Shown here one piece after another: positions 1-12,874 of a stretch of DNA of 64,000 nucleotides. The notes beneath the pieces are model-generated. The model worked only from the letters and a program-made list of their open reading frames with translations. It did not search any database and had not been told where the DNA came from. The translations under genes and the position numbers were made by a program. The DNA comes from Podarcis gaigeae. Taxonomy: Eukaryota. Location: the NCBI GenBank assembly GCA_964106915.2, contig OZ066916.1; one strand, given 5' to 3'. Within the stretch, counting starts at the first letter, position 1. Each line of letters opens with the position of its first letter.

Positions 1-1053
1 TGTCAGCAGCGGCATAGCCTCATGAATGATTGCTACTAGGGCAATCATTCCAAATCCAGCGAGAACATGCATTGCATAGGGCAGCCATTCTCTCACTGTA
101 ATGGCGGTGGCATATCTCCGTTCCTGTCCCATTGTCAGTATAGGATTGCTATGCCTATCTAGAGATGAAGATAGGAGTCCTATAAGAAACACCGCCAGAG
201 CTGAATTTCCTTTCACAGACGACAGCTGTGATTGAAATTGGTGTCTAAAAACACACAGGTGTGTAGACACGCTTTAAATCCATGATTAGTATACACATCA
301 GTAAATTCCCCCCCACTCCTTCGCCTGTTGGTTTTGGCATCATAGGTCCTGCAAGAGAGGGCACTTACGGTTCATGGTTATTGGGGACAAAAATATGTAT
401 TAAATATTCCTTTGTTCAGGATGAATGGCTTAAAAAGATGAAGTCACGCAGCACGTGTCACAAACAGATTATTGTTTTTATTCTCCTGAAGCCCCATTAA
501 GCATTCAGGATTATATGACTGTCTGAGTTGCGAGAGCCAGGTACATTTGCCATGTGTGCATTCCCCGCCCACCAGCCTGCCCCTAAAGCTGTCCACATGC
601 ATAGCATGTATGCTATGAGGCAGCTGAATGTGAACAGACTGAGCTGAATTGGCCCTGAATGTTCAGGGTGACGGCATGCACATGTTTGTCAGGAATGCCC
701 CCAATTTGTGGGCAGCTTGGGGGGCTCTGTTGTGGGATGAAGCAGCCAGGGTAGGGGGTGAGGGGTGGGTGAGGTGACCCCACTGTCTCCCTTCACACAG
801 TTAACAGTGGTGTGGTCGGTTGTACCCAAATAAGGCCCTGGTGGCTTTCATAAACAATGTGCTGTCTGGCTAAATGCTTCCTTTCAGCAAATGTGGCTGC
901 AGGCCTTGCTTCTTCATTAACTAACAAAAACTTTGCAATCTTCTTTCCTATTACAATTGCTTTTAAAAAAACTAAAAATCTGCCACTGTTCATCTGCAAA
1001 CTACGATTTACTACTGTTCAAAGAGATTTATGTCTTGCCATATGCTTTATTGT

Positions 1054-1387
1054 GGGACGCAGGTGGTGCTGTGGAATAAACCACTGAGCCTCTTGGGCTT
1101 GCTGGTCAGAAGTCAGCGGTTCGAATCCCCGCAACGGGGTGAGCTCTCGTTGCTCGGTACCTGCTCCTGCCAACCTAGCAGTTCGAAAGCATGTCAAAGT
1201 GCAAGTAGATAAGTAGGTACCGCTCCGGCGGGAAGGTAAACGGCGTTTTCGTGTGCTGCTCTGGTTCGCCAGAAGCGGTTTAATCATGCTGGCCACATGA
1301 CCCGGAAGCTGTATGCCGGCTCCCTCGGCCAATAAAGCGAGATGAGCGCCATGACTGGACCTAATGGTCAGGGGTTCCTTTACCTTT
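1054..1387 (+). mobile_element. Sauria SINE (Squam1-type)
   Basis: GGGACGCAGGTGG 5' end, tRNA-like box B GGTTCGAATCC, ACCTTT tail, 12-bp TSD ATATGCTTTATT. Confidence 0.9.
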
Positions 1388-1405
1388 ATATGCTTTATTA
1401 GGACT

Positions 1406-1406
<1 letters not shown>

Positions 1407-1437
<31 letters not shown>
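1407..1437. repeat. (CA)n microsatellite
   Basis: Read directly. Confidence 0.95.
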
Positions 1438-1440
<3 letters not shown>

Positions 1441-2214
1441 GTTAAACCTTATGTGGATAAAGACCTTCTGGACAAAAATAGCAGTGACCGTCTCTGCCCA
1501 TTTTGCTTCCCCTGCCAACATGCCCCTTGCCTCAAGTGCTGTGTGGCATACCTGGAAAGCCGCTTGCTACCGCAGGCAAAAGAGAAGGGCAGATGACAGG
1601 AAGTGGGAGCTAACAGGTAGAATAGCCACCACAGCCTTATCTCGCCCCACTGCATCGGGAGATTAGTAGCCCATTGTCTGAGATAAGAGGAGACAAGCCT
1701 GTTTCTTACCACCAGCCTATTTTATCAACTCCCGCTGCTGAATTTTGGGAACACCACATCTCCTATTTTGTGCAAAGTGATGTCCACAACAACATCCACA
1801 CCTAATTAGTTTCTCCTTCCCAATTGAACTATTTTTTTTTTAGTAAAATATTAATAGGCTTAGCCTTGTATGGCAGGAGCCAAGCAGCTGCAAAGGGGGG
1901 GGGGGGCGCTTTATGCATCAATTGATGTGTGCCCCATTGAAAAGTATTGTTCTGAGATGATGCAAAAGCCTTCTGTCTGATGATTGGTCCATTTCAGCTC
2001 ATTCATTCGTGCTTATCCTGTGATAGCCTAGTCACCAAGTGATGAAACACGCAGGTGTGAACAAGGCCTTAGAAATGACCCAGTCCTTGTGCAGAGGGAC
2101 GTGTGCCTCTGGCTCACAGCCAGTCAGTCCACTTAAGAAAAAGGTGCTGTTTTCTCATCGCTTCTCAGCCAGCAGTGATTATGATAATGACACAGTGTTT
2201 TCCTTTCTTTTTAG

Positions 2215-2376
2215 TTCAGTCTTCATTTCTTGGCAGTGCTGTTCAGACAACTCCTTCATCGAACACACTGTGGAAGACAAATTCTTTAGGAATGGAAAGC
2301 ATAAGCAGGCAAAGGTCTTCATCCGATCCACCAACTGTCCATCCCCCTGTTCCGCCATTGCGTGTAACATCTACAA
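2215..2376 (+). CDS. ASAP2: ASAP2 cassette exon (equivalent to human exon 23), 162 nt, phase 1-1
   Basis: ttag|TTCAG...ACAA|gtatgt; encodes VQSSFLGSAVQTTPSSNTLWKTNSLGMESISRQRSSSDPPTVHPPVPPLRVTST, matching the recalled ASAP2 proline-rich region. Confidence 0.85.
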
Positions 2377-3355
2377 GTATGTTTGCCCTTTTCCACTGCT
2401 TCCTTTGTTTTTGCTGCATCTAATCACGGTTGGCCTCAACTTCCCATTCCACAACTCATGTTTCTTCCTCTCTGGTGGATGTAGTTTTGAGCCTGCTGCT
2501 TTTCCATCTGGCTTCTTCAACACACTGTTTGTTAAGACTTCCTGCGACACACGGTTGAGGAATGGATATTTCAGATTAGTTTTGCAAGGAATTCAGGTTG
2601 TTCCCTGAACTTTTAGGAAGTTTCTTCAAAAAGATGAAAAGATTGTGGTTTTAATGTTCCTTGTTCCTCTATTAATGGTTACTTCTGAAGGCATATTACA
2701 GATGCACGACTAAAAGTGTGACTTAAAATTACCTACTCATGTTAAAGCAGCTCTCATGAAGATTAGCCTCACTACCAGTACAAGTACCTCAAAGCAGGTA
2801 GGCTACTGTTGGCTCCAGTTTTAATCTATGAGTTAGCTCGAGCCTCCCACTGCATTGTTTATGTTCAGACATAATTATAAACTATGGCCTATCATTAAAC
2901 CAGTGAGCCTCAAACTTCTGCACTCTCCCATCTTGTGGGAGATGAAAAGTAGAAGCTTTTGCTTTGGTTTTTGACTAACCACAGTTTGACGATCTGAGCC
3001 CAGACAAACTGTGGTTAGGTCTTAACTGTGGTTTAATGAATCAAACCAACTTCATAAGTTGGCTCATTTAATTAAACTATAGTTAAAACTAACCCTATTT
3101 GTCCAGGCTCTCACAATGCAATACAGCATGTGTCCAGGCAGAAATAAGCCCTGTTCAGTTCAGTGTGGGGCTTACTCCTAGAAACGTATATAGGATTGCA
3201 GCTTCATTGTGTCTTGAGCCTTAGTTTTTGAAGGACTGGCTTACATTTTAGAAATTACAAAGTTAGGTAAAAATAATATTGTTTGTAGGAATCGTATCAA
3301 ACATTCCAGCATTCACCATCATCGTATTATTGTACATGCATTTTTATATATATAG

Positions 3356-3518
3356 ATATACTCTCTTCAGCACCACCTCCCGTTGCAAAGACAGCCAGTG
3401 TTCTTGAAGCTTTGAGCCAGCAGTCAAAACAGCCAGTGGTGCCACAGTCCAAGCCTACGCCGCCGCCACTCCCTCCCCAGCCTCCAAGTAGAATTTCTCA
3501 GAAAAAGCCTGCTTCTGG
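3356..3518 (+). CDS. ASAP2: ASAP2 proline-rich exon (alternative in-frame acceptor at 3371)
   Basis: Encodes NILSSAPPPVAKTASVLEALSQ...PPPLPPQPPSRISQKKPASG; donor GG|gtaat. Confidence 0.85.
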
Positions 3519-4173
3519 GTAATGTGTCGCCTTTTCTTCCTAAAAGATCTACAGGTTGCTGAAAGATAGTGTGCTCACCTTGTTGCCTGATTGTGACAGT
3601 CCATGTTTTGTTGCACTTGTGCAGAAATGTCATTTGCGCTTCCCTATTTAATAGAGAATTGATTTAATCCTTATTGAAGATTTCACCTTGTGTTTTGTTC
3701 TGTTCAGGTGTTGGGCAGGTTCCATACGGACAGTAGCGGGGGGGGGGCAACAGATAATTGCTTACCAACAGCAAATGCCATTTAAGAGTGTTACTTTGAT
3801 AACCTGAAGTAACATAGCAATTGGTGATCTTGCTTTGATACTGTGAAGTAACATAGCAATTGGTGATTGTGCTATGTTGATCATGCTGTCAGGTCAAGAA
3901 TTTCAGTTTGCCAGATAGAATAATTGTCCCTCTCCTCCCTGCCCACTCTGCACTCTCCTGGGTGTTCTTCTGATCTTCTTCACAATTCATTTGTGGGGGG
4001 GCGGGGTGTGTGCAGGGTGTGTGTGTGTGTGCAAGCCCTGTTGCACAAGTAGAAGTCCTTGCACGGGACTCGTTAACTGAATCCCATTCTGATTATTGTT
4101 TCAAAAAGTAAATTAGACACAGCAAATTGCAGACGTGATGACGAGCAGTCATGTTTGGTTTTCTCCTGAACAG

Positions 4174-4226
4174 GGCTGACAGGTCGGCCAAGAGTAAAGG
4201 ACCTGGATCTCTGCAGCAATCTTCTG
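4174..4226 (+). CDS. ASAP2: ASAP2 small exon (53 nt)
   Basis: cag|G GCT GAC AGG...TCT G|gtgatt; GADRSAKSKGPGSLQQSS; phase 2 in, phase 1 out fits neighbouring exons. Confidence 0.75.
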
Positions 4227-4229
4227 GTG

Positions 4230-4277
<48 letters not shown>
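4230..4277. repeat. (ATT)16 microsatellite
   Basis: Read directly. Confidence 0.95.
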
Positions 4278-4279
<2 letters not shown>

Positions 4280-4407
4280 ATCCTGATTTTAATTTACCTG
4301 CTTTAGTAGCAACTGTTGGCCCTGTTGACAGGTTTATTTGGGAGGTAGTAAAACCTAACCACAATGACTTTGCTGTATTTTATTTTTTAAAATTTATTTG
4401 GGAACAT

Positions 4408-4567
4408 GTTGTTGTTTAGTCGTTTAGTCGTGTCTGACTCTTCGTGACCCCATGGACCAGAGCACCCCAGGCACTCCTGACTTCCACTGCCTCCCGCATG
4501 GTCAAACTAATGTTGGTAGTTTCGAGAACACTGTCCAACCATCTCGTCCTCTGTCGTCCCCTTCTCC
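4408..4567 (-). mobile_element. BovB (RTE clade) LINE 3' end fragment
   Basis: Reverse strand reads ...GTCCATGGGGTCACGAAGAGTCAGACACGACTAAACGACTAAACAACAAC, the typical BovB terminus. Confidence 0.85.
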
Positions 4568-4574
4568 TTGTTTA

Positions 4575-4730
4575 ATACCGAGTCAGACCATTGGTCCATC
4601 TAGGTCAGTGCTGTCTACACTGATTGGCAGCAGCTGTCCAGGATATCAGACAGGGGAAATTGCCAGTCCTTTACCTGGAGATACCTGGGATTGAACCTGG
4701 CAACTTCTGTATGTGTAGATTGTACCCTTG
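4575..4730 (-). mobile_element. Old tRNA-derived squamate SINE (Squam3-like)
   Basis: Similar to copies at about 6700 and 59830 (shared GAGCTAGATGGACCAATGGTCTGACT-like core). Confidence 0.6.
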
Positions 4731-4906
4731 GTTCTGACACAACTGACCTACAGCTGATGGGACTTAGTGCAAAAAGTGATCGTTTTTGGGAAACCACAAA
4801 CAATGGCTTGGTACACTAGAGAGAAGTAGCACAGTATGTTATCTAAAAACAGAGCTTTCTAAGAGCCACTTTTAACTGAAAATATTTGCTTTATTTTTAA
4901 TAACAG

Positions 4907-5007
4907 GTGAATCTTCATCTTCATCTGCATCTGAGATTTCTGGATCCCAAGTTGTCCCTTCTGCAAACATCCAACCTCCAGCTCCAATGCCAAGGAAGTC
5001 TCAAATA
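4907..5007 (+). CDS. ASAP2: ASAP2 exon preceding the SH3 domain
   Basis: taacag|GT GAA...QPPAPMPRKSQI|gtaagt. Confidence 0.9.
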
Positions 5008-6699
5008 GTAAGTCGTCAAGAATCTAGGTCAATCTCTTTTGTGTTTGGCAGCTCTTCGCGTTGGGAATAAAGGCACTGTGTGGAATCTGACGGTTCCAAA
5101 AGGGGTGAGCAACTTCTTCAGATTACACGGGTCCTTTTAAAGTCCTTCTTAGAAACTTCTTAGAAACCAGTTAGTGTGGCGTAGCTGTAAACAACCAACA
5201 ACTTTTGTTGGGTGAGCTGCAGATACTGTTCACTTAGGGGTCCCTTGTACACTGGGCCCTTTCAGGGAACCTAGTTTCATTTGATTCCTAACTACAAAGG
5301 TCAATCCATAATATTTGTTTGCGTATGTGTGAAAGGGAGAATGGGGCGGGGGGGGGCGAGAGAATATAGAATGAGCTAAAGAGCTTTAGCTAAAAAGATC
5401 TCGGTAAATCATCTTAGCTGAAGCTTTAGTACAGGCCTCAGCTAAAGGACATTAGCTAGATGAATTCAGCTTTAAACCAAGTCCGCTAAATAACCTACCA
5501 GCAGTATGATCCAGTATGATACGTAAGCGCCATTGACTTCAGAATAACAAGTGTGTGTATAAGATTGCAGCCTAAGTAACCCATTCCACCTTTTGCTAAG
5601 GTTTCCAAAGTTACCATGGAAACAAGCCACACGTTAGAAGGTAGAATCCAGCTGGTGCTCTTGGTACCAGCCGTCTTCAAACAGTTGCCCTCCAGATATT
5701 TTGGACTGCAACTTCCATTAGCCCTGGCTACCAGTGTGGCCAATACTAAGGGATGATGAAGATTTGGAGTCCAAAACTTCTGGAAGGTACCAGGTTAGGG
5801 AAGGCTGCCTTGTTCTCACAGGAGAGCTTTTTATCCAGTAACCAGTGGAATAAAAGGAGAGGCAGGTTTTTTTGTTTTTTTTTAGCGAATTCCTGCTGTC
5901 CCCTGCAGGATCCACTGCCCCTTAAAAAATTGGCTCCAGGGGAATCTGCAAAAATCACCTCCCTCCTCCTCCTCCTGCTGGCAGAGGAATTTGCCAGATC
6001 ACAAAATTAATGTGAGTTAATTTTTTATTGCCATTGTAAGCTGACCAGAAAATTTAACTGGACATAAATATGGTAGGTAATAAAACAAATACTGCGGGCT
6101 GAAAATTCCATGAATTTCTGGTTATTATTCCATGGGGGTTGCATTATTTCAAGAAGATTGAATGGCGCCATTAAAGAATATTCTAGAAGGTGGATGTTCT
6201 CCCAGATGCCTCGTGCTAGCTTCCTGGTATCGTTCTTATTTCCCAAACAATTTGATCTACTGGCATCTCAGGGGTTAAGGTAACGAGACTTGGCCTTAAC
6301 ATTTTGTCACTGCTTTGAAAAGACCGAGCGTCAAATGAATTGAGAGCGCACTCTGCCTTTTTGGAAAGGTCCTACCTGTCTGCTCCGCTGTGCACGAATG
6401 TTCAGGGAGCTGTTTGTACATGTAATGAAATGCCTGTTTGCGATAGCATGCCCTTGCTGGATGCTCTTAATGTGCATTAAAACCCAAAGCGGGACCTCCA
6501 AATTAATTGTTCTGAAAGTCAAAAGCACCGAGTGCAGCTTCGTAGGTTATTTTGCTCATGTATTAATTAAGTGGTGGTGCACAAGGGAGCCCCTTTGTAA
6601 TTTGTGAATAGCAAAGCATGATAAGTATTTTAGATCAGACACGTATATTGGGATGATTTTAAACATGTGTGCATATTTGTACGGAAATTTTTGTAGGGG

Positions 6700-6850
6700 G
6701 CAGGTTGTTGTTCAGACATGCTTTGCATGCAGCAGGTGATAGGTACAATCTCCAGGTAGGGCCAGGAGGCACCTCAGTCTGAAACCCTGGAGAACTGCTG
6801 TCTGTCAGTGTACTAAGCTAAATGGATCAATTATCTGACTTCCTATTTTC
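6700..6850 (+). mobile_element. Old squamate SINE (Squam3-like)
   Basis: CATGCTTTGCATGCAG...CTCCAGGTAGGG...CTGAAACCCTGGAGA. Confidence 0.6.
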
Positions 6851-6970
6851 TGCTACCTGAGCTTCTTGTAGACGAAAAGTGGTGAACTGCTGTCCTCTCA
6901 CTGCAGCTAATGGTATTTTCTGTTTTACCTGGTTTATGTTTCCAACACATTGCTCTTCTCTGTATTGCAG

Positions 6971-7093
6971 TCAAAAACAAAGCCCAAGAGAGTAAAAGCC
7001 ATTTATAACTGCGTAGCTGATAATCCAGATGAGCTTACATTTTCAGAGGGCGATATCATCATAGTTGATGGTGAGGAAGATCAGGAGTGGTGG
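6971..7093 (+). CDS. ASAP2: ASAP2 SH3 domain exon
   Basis: [41 protein letters not shown], canonical splice sites. Confidence 0.95.
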
Positions 7094-7879
7094 GTAAGTA
7101 TTTATTAGTTAAATCATGCCAAGGGCTGTAGTGTGTATGTCGTGTGTGTACACACACACACACACACACACACGTACGTAATTACATACATACTATGTAT
7201 GTTGGTGGGAACTGATCTCTTAACAACCAGCAGAACAGAATCCCTGACTGAAGTTATTTTCAGAGGTATCCACTGAACGCAATATTGAGGAGCAGCGTTA
7301 TTTCAGTTGAATTTGAACCATACAGATTTTTGAAACTCATCCTTTCTGCAGAAACACATATGGTTAAAAAATAATATTGCAAAACACCGTTGTTTCAGAA
7401 AACCCAGTTTGTTATCTATAATGTATACAGTCCTTCCTCTTAAGCCAGGATCCAAAGAATTGCACAACTAGTTTTGCATTTTAAAGGTTTGTTTCTTCTC
7501 AAATAGGAGCTCCTTGCTCCCTGTGTCAATTTTTTTTGAAACTAAGCGAACTTCAAAACAGAGAATAAATATATATGTCTTCCCCTTATTATTGTCCTGT
7601 GTCATATACCACTTGGGCCTCTTAAGGAATCAATCAATCTGTTTATTACAGTCAGGACCAGTAGTTGTTAAGAAATATCATTCCACTGGAACTTTGAATT
7701 TGCATGCTTTTGGTGAAAATTTGAAGCAAATAATAATAATAAACCTTTGATTTTAAATGAAAGATTGCATGTGTTCTTACCGTCTATTCTTTATTTTGTT
7801 TCAGCCTATCCTCTGAATAATTAGTTTGCACATAAAAGCAGCATTGCCTGGTTTTTATTGTTTAATAGTAAAGAAACTA

Positions 7880-8107
7880 CAGTTGTACCTCGGAAGTCGA
7901 ACAGAATCCATTCCGGAAGTCCATTTGACTTCCGAAACATTTGACTTCCAAAGCGCGGCTTCTGATTGGCTGCCGGAAACTCCTGCACCCAATCAGAAGC
8001 CCCATCGGACGTTAGGCTTCCGAAAGAACGTTTGAAAACCGGAACACTCACTTCTGGTTTTTGATTGTTTGGGAGCTGAAACGTTTGACTCCCAAGGCGT
8101 TTGACTG
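7880..8107. mobile_element. Tc1/mariner-type MITE (CAGTGGTACCTC family, diverged)
   Basis: TA|CAGTTGTACCTCGG...ACTG|TA. Confidence 0.7.
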
Positions 8108-8264
8108 TATAGCTTTTTTTCTTTATTACTAAATACTTGTTTGTTTGGAGGGATAATTGCACATGGTTGCAACTAGTACAGTGGAGGGCAACTTTCAGTG
8201 ACCCCTAATTGGATAGAGACAAGCTTCACCCTTTTAATTCTTAAAAATGTTCTGTCTTTTCCAG

Positions 8265-8339
8265 ATTGGGCATATTGATGGAGATCCCAACCACAAAGGA
8301 GCTTTCCCTGTATCATTTGTGCACTTTATTGTTGATTAA
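8265..8339 (+). CDS. ASAP2: ASAP2 last coding exon
   Basis: IGHIDGDPNHKGAFPVSFVHFIVD then TAA. Confidence 0.95.
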   Translation: MGHIDGDPNHKGAFPVSFVHFIVD

Positions 8340-11300
8340 ACTGCTCGTTGCAGGTGGAGAGACTCTGCATTTCCAGGTATCACTGGAGCTCTCTGCCCAG
8401 AAATAGATGCTTCACCAGGATACTTCATGAATGTTACACCACTGTGGACTCTTTGTTGTGGCAACTTAAGGTTTTTGAATCGTCCAAGGAAGATTTACTT
8501 TGTAGTAGGCAGATCCACTTGAACTATTTTCATTGTGAATTCTGGAAGACCATAAAAAACAAACATTAACGCCAAAAAAAAAATATGTGAAACTGATTTC
8601 AAATCTCCCTTTTAGACTTTCTCACTAACCTATGCACCAGAGTTTCTCTCTTCAGCAAATAAGGGAATTTCTGATGCACACCACAGGGTTCAGAATTTTA
8701 AAAGTGGGCAGACTAGCAGAGAGATGAATGGCCTGACTGCACTAATATATTACATTTCAGTGCCAATTTCAGGTGCCTCTAATGCATATCTGATCTTTGT
8801 TTGCACTCAGTGTCTTTGAGAGCTGTCTCAGGACAATGTAGCTGCAGTGAAAACTCAGTTTTAAGAGTGGCAGTTACTTCCACTTTTTACTCAGTACACT
8901 ACAAAAACATGAGGCTAGAAAATCTACCCATCACTGATTCCTTGTCCACATCCACTGAGTGGCTAAGTTGAAGAGGTTGGCGGACTTGAGGGTGGAGTCC
9001 TTGACTACATTGCAAAAGTACAAAGAACTCCTAAAAGAGCACTAAGTAATAACAAAAGGCAGAACACAGAGTTTTTCAGATTGCTTGTCTCTGGTGCTTG
9101 GTGGCTTATGTTTTCAGGCAAGACATAAGCATCATCCACAAAGGACTGGGCTCTTTCTTCCAGCGCAATAATTCTCCTACTGAAGCCTCATTCATTTTGA
9201 TTGCATTGGGATTTGCTGTAGGCACTCCATATGACTGATAATGATATACCTGCCAACCACCCTTAGCTGAGCAGAATGCTTTAAAAGGTTTTGCAAAGCT
9301 GGAGTCCAACCAGGGACCAAAATCTGTTGCCCGAGCAACGATTAAAGCGATTCAGATCTAACAACCAAACCCTAGCAAATATTTCCCAATAAGCCCCAGT
9401 GCATTTTCCTGTGACAGCACTAGTGGGGCCCAAACACCTAATGTAGGTGCTAATAGGATCTAATATCCTGTCCCATAGATGAAGGGATGGGAAAGAATCA
9501 TCAATTTATGCAGCCAGGAAAGAAGAGTATGCTTGTGTGTCTCCTGCCTACTTCTCCTATATCTATGATAAGGAAGACTCAATAAGAGGACGCGGTTCCA
9601 TGCAGAAGTACATGTTACAGCTCTGTTTATCCCCTCAAGGGAAAAGTTATTGCAAAGTCTCTTTCCCCTGACTTGTTAGGCCAGCTGGGGAAAGCCCCTG
9701 AGCCCAAGGGGACGGTGGCGTTCCCTTCTTTCCAGGGAACTATCATGAAATACCACAAGCAGAAACAGAACCTGCCATATATCCAGTTTCTGCCATTTTC
9801 CCATGCTGGTGAATTGGCTTCAAGGGAAAGGGTAATAGGGCTGCCTCCTGTGATCTGTGGGCATAAACTCTAGAAGGAAATGTTGTTTTTCAAGCTGTTC
9901 GAATGTGGAGAAATGCAACATGCTTGCACTTACCCAAAAGGAACGAGTACCGGTATTTTCATACTTAGATCATATGAAAACGTTTGTCTAGAGAGGCCCA
10001 TTAAAGAGATATTTTAATAATTGGATATAGATATTTACTTTAAACCCTGAACCTGTTTACCTCAAATTTGTAAATATGAGGAATACGAGGTCATACTTTT
10101 CTATACAAAATATACATTTAATGTATATTTTATTCTATTCTTAAGTCATCGTTGAGGTAACAAAACCCAAGACAATATTATTGGTAAATAAATGTGGATT
10201 ACACATTTACTGAAATTTTTGTTGCAGTTCTTTTCTTTGAACACACAAAAAAATGTGTTGTCTAGAATCATTTTTATTTTAAAAAAATCAACCACGGTGG
10301 CTATGTTCACACCTAAGACTATTGTCGTAGGACAATATAGTAGGGTATTCATCCAAACACCCTCTGTATTAAGGTACACACTTCTGTCTTGCAAGCAATT
10401 CCTTATTTCTTTGCAGATGCACACTGTGTACTTCTGTTCCTGAACATGGTAGTTAACACTGTTAATAATTGTGAATAGATTTCATAATTCCAAATTGGTA
10501 GACTATTGCAGAATATTACAAAAATGTCCTTTTAATGTTTGTATATTGTGATAATTGTTAACGGTTTTTACTTTGCATATGCTACCGAAACTGTGCACTG
10601 GTAGCATAGGATTAGAATATCAACGTCCAGGTCACATTGGCTTTCATCACAAGTTTTGTGACTATTGTATCTCTAGATTTATCAAGAGAACTTTGAATTT
10701 CTGACACAGAAATTATGTACATATTGGCTAGCATAGGTTGAAACAGATGGGGGGATGGGACAGGCCAATTGGTATATTTATATTTGGGATGGGATGATGT
10801 ATCTCAAACTGCCTTGCTAAAGTGGTACATTTGAAGCAACTTGTCAGATCTGCGGATGCAAACCAGTGGGCTTATATTAAAACTCACTTTCGTACAAGCT
10901 GTTGCATTGTATATGGGGACAAACTGGAATGCTTCGAGATGCTTTTATTGCAAGTTTTAAAGCTAAGTCTGCATATTCAAAGTTCCCACTAAATATATAT
11001 GTATATTAGGAAACAAAATACTTTGCCACTACAAGTTTATCTGGCTGCTGATGAATTCAGTTTGGCTACTGACACTATTGGTTATGTTTGTATTCCTAGT
11101 AAACTAGCAAATAAATTGGCACATTATTTTGCACAATTCACTTATGTACAGTATTTTTTGACACAGAATCATAGTTAATACCATATGCTTTGGAAGCTTA
11201 TGTGGCCCTTAAATTTCACATTGGCCGGAATCCGAGGAAATGCACAAATAGCTGTGTGCACCCAGATGTAAGTTGCGCCTTCTGGTAAACATCTTATGAA

Positions 11301-11975
11301 ACCCAGGGGATTTTCAACTCTTGACTTGAATATTCCTAAGGCCTTAGATGTTTAGAGCCCAGCCATAGTGTGTGAGCTTCCAACTGTTTTGGAAAAATCT
11401 TAAATAGTGGCCACTAAAAGATTTTGAGTAAGAGTATTTTTTCACACTACAGTGTGCAGACACTAGGCTTGTAACGTAAGACTGTTTCAAGAGTTCTTTT
11501 TTGTTTCCATGGCACTATTTCACCCAATTAAATAGGAGACATTTTGGATTTTTAGGAATGACAGATGCTAAAATGTTCAGGTCTTCTTTCACAGCTGACA
11601 ACAGGGGATGATGGTGTTCAACAAACTGTTAGTGAGCATGTAAGATTACTTTTGTTTAAATGTTTAAAAAGGAGTATAAGATACCTAAAATGCAGTTCAG
11701 AATGCTACTTGAGATGTAAAATTTTCAACGTGATGGTTTTGATTGTTTAGTTGCAGAGCAACTGTATATATTGTATAACCTAAATCAATTCTTATTTTTA
11801 GTGTCTGGATGCAGTGATTTATAATTGGAGCATGATTAATTTCACTTACGTTAAGCCAGTCACTTGACTGGAAAAATAAACAGCTTTGAAGCCTCACCTT
11901 GACTTTTTTTATTAATTGAATGTGAAAGCACTTATAGATGAGCCACACTAGAATAAACTGAGTGATTACCGCTAT
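8340..11975 (+). other. ASAP2: ASAP2 long 3'UTR (about 3.6 kb)
   Basis: No recognisable TE, AT-rich stretch after the stop; AATAAA at 11875-11880 and 11952-11957; end position inferred. Confidence 0.55.
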
Positions 11976-12452
11976 TCAGCCTTGATGTATTAAAGACAAA
12001 TCGGAAGACTGCTGACAAACTCCTGCCTTAAATGTGAGTTCTCTCTTATTTTGGAATTTAAATGATTTACAGTTCAATTGTATGGGGAGCAGGAGAATGC
12101 AAAGTATAGAAACTGCCCAACCCAAAGCCTGCTGTGCTCATCCTTGATGGAAAATGGAAGATGACATTTTTCTGGGGGTTTTTCTTCTTTAATGGGAGGG
12201 CACAGCCATTCTACTGAAAGGCAAACAGATATGCTAGGCTCTAGGGCCAGTATACTTTCCTCCCTGTGCTGGAGACATGGGAAAGAGAGGGCTTTGGATC
12301 CAGCTGATTCAAAGACTCCCTTGACACACCTTCTTTTAAATCCCTTTTTGTCATTACTACCAGCAGGGTAGCAGTAAGTTTCCATACCTGCAGCAAGGCG
12401 CAGGCCTCCCCCTCCACCAGCAGAAAGGGAGACCTACTGTATCTGACGACCC

Positions 12453-12453
<1 letters not shown>

Positions 12454-12503
<50 letters not shown>

Positions 12504-12505
12504 TC
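12454..12505. repeat. (TTTC)n microsatellite
   Basis: Read directly. Confidence 0.95.
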
Positions 12506-12581
12506 CCTTTTTTGCTGCCACTGCTAAAAGCAATGGCGTCTGTGGGTAGTCAGATTAGGCCATATTTAGAAAGACACGTCT

Positions 12582-12599
12582 TTTATTGATTTTTTTATT
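12582..12599 (-). terminator. ITGB1BP1 candidate polyadenylation signals
   Basis: Two TTTATT (AATAAA on minus) about 280 nt past the stop codon. Confidence 0.6.
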
Positions 12600-12874
12600 C
12601 ATTTACAAAAATGGTATAAATCTTTTAAACACAAGATTTGATATTTAGCACAGAAACTCATGCACGGGCAGTTGAGCTCTGAGTGACAGTTTGGGAAACA
12701 AACAAATGGTATTTTACCAAAAAAACCAACAACTTCATTCCTTTGAACAGTATGTTCAAGCAGTTAACAAAAAAAGTTCACATCTACTGCAAAATACTTG
12801 TTTTCATTCTTCTCCAATTGCTGCAGTCACAGCAAGCAGTCCTTCCTCTCAACATGAAGTGCAGCTGTAGAAAT

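Noticed and set aside
24-50. 10-bp perfect hairpin GAATGATTGC/GCAATCATTC
   Set aside because: Too short and without context to distinguish from an old repeat remnant or chance
1054-1140. tRNA gene (GGTTCGAATCC box B)
   Set aside because: It is the tRNA-derived head of a Sauria SINE; no cloverleaf
2039-2608. 189-aa ORF overlapping the ASAP2 cassette exon
   Set aside because: No recognisable protein; the conserved coding frame is a different one
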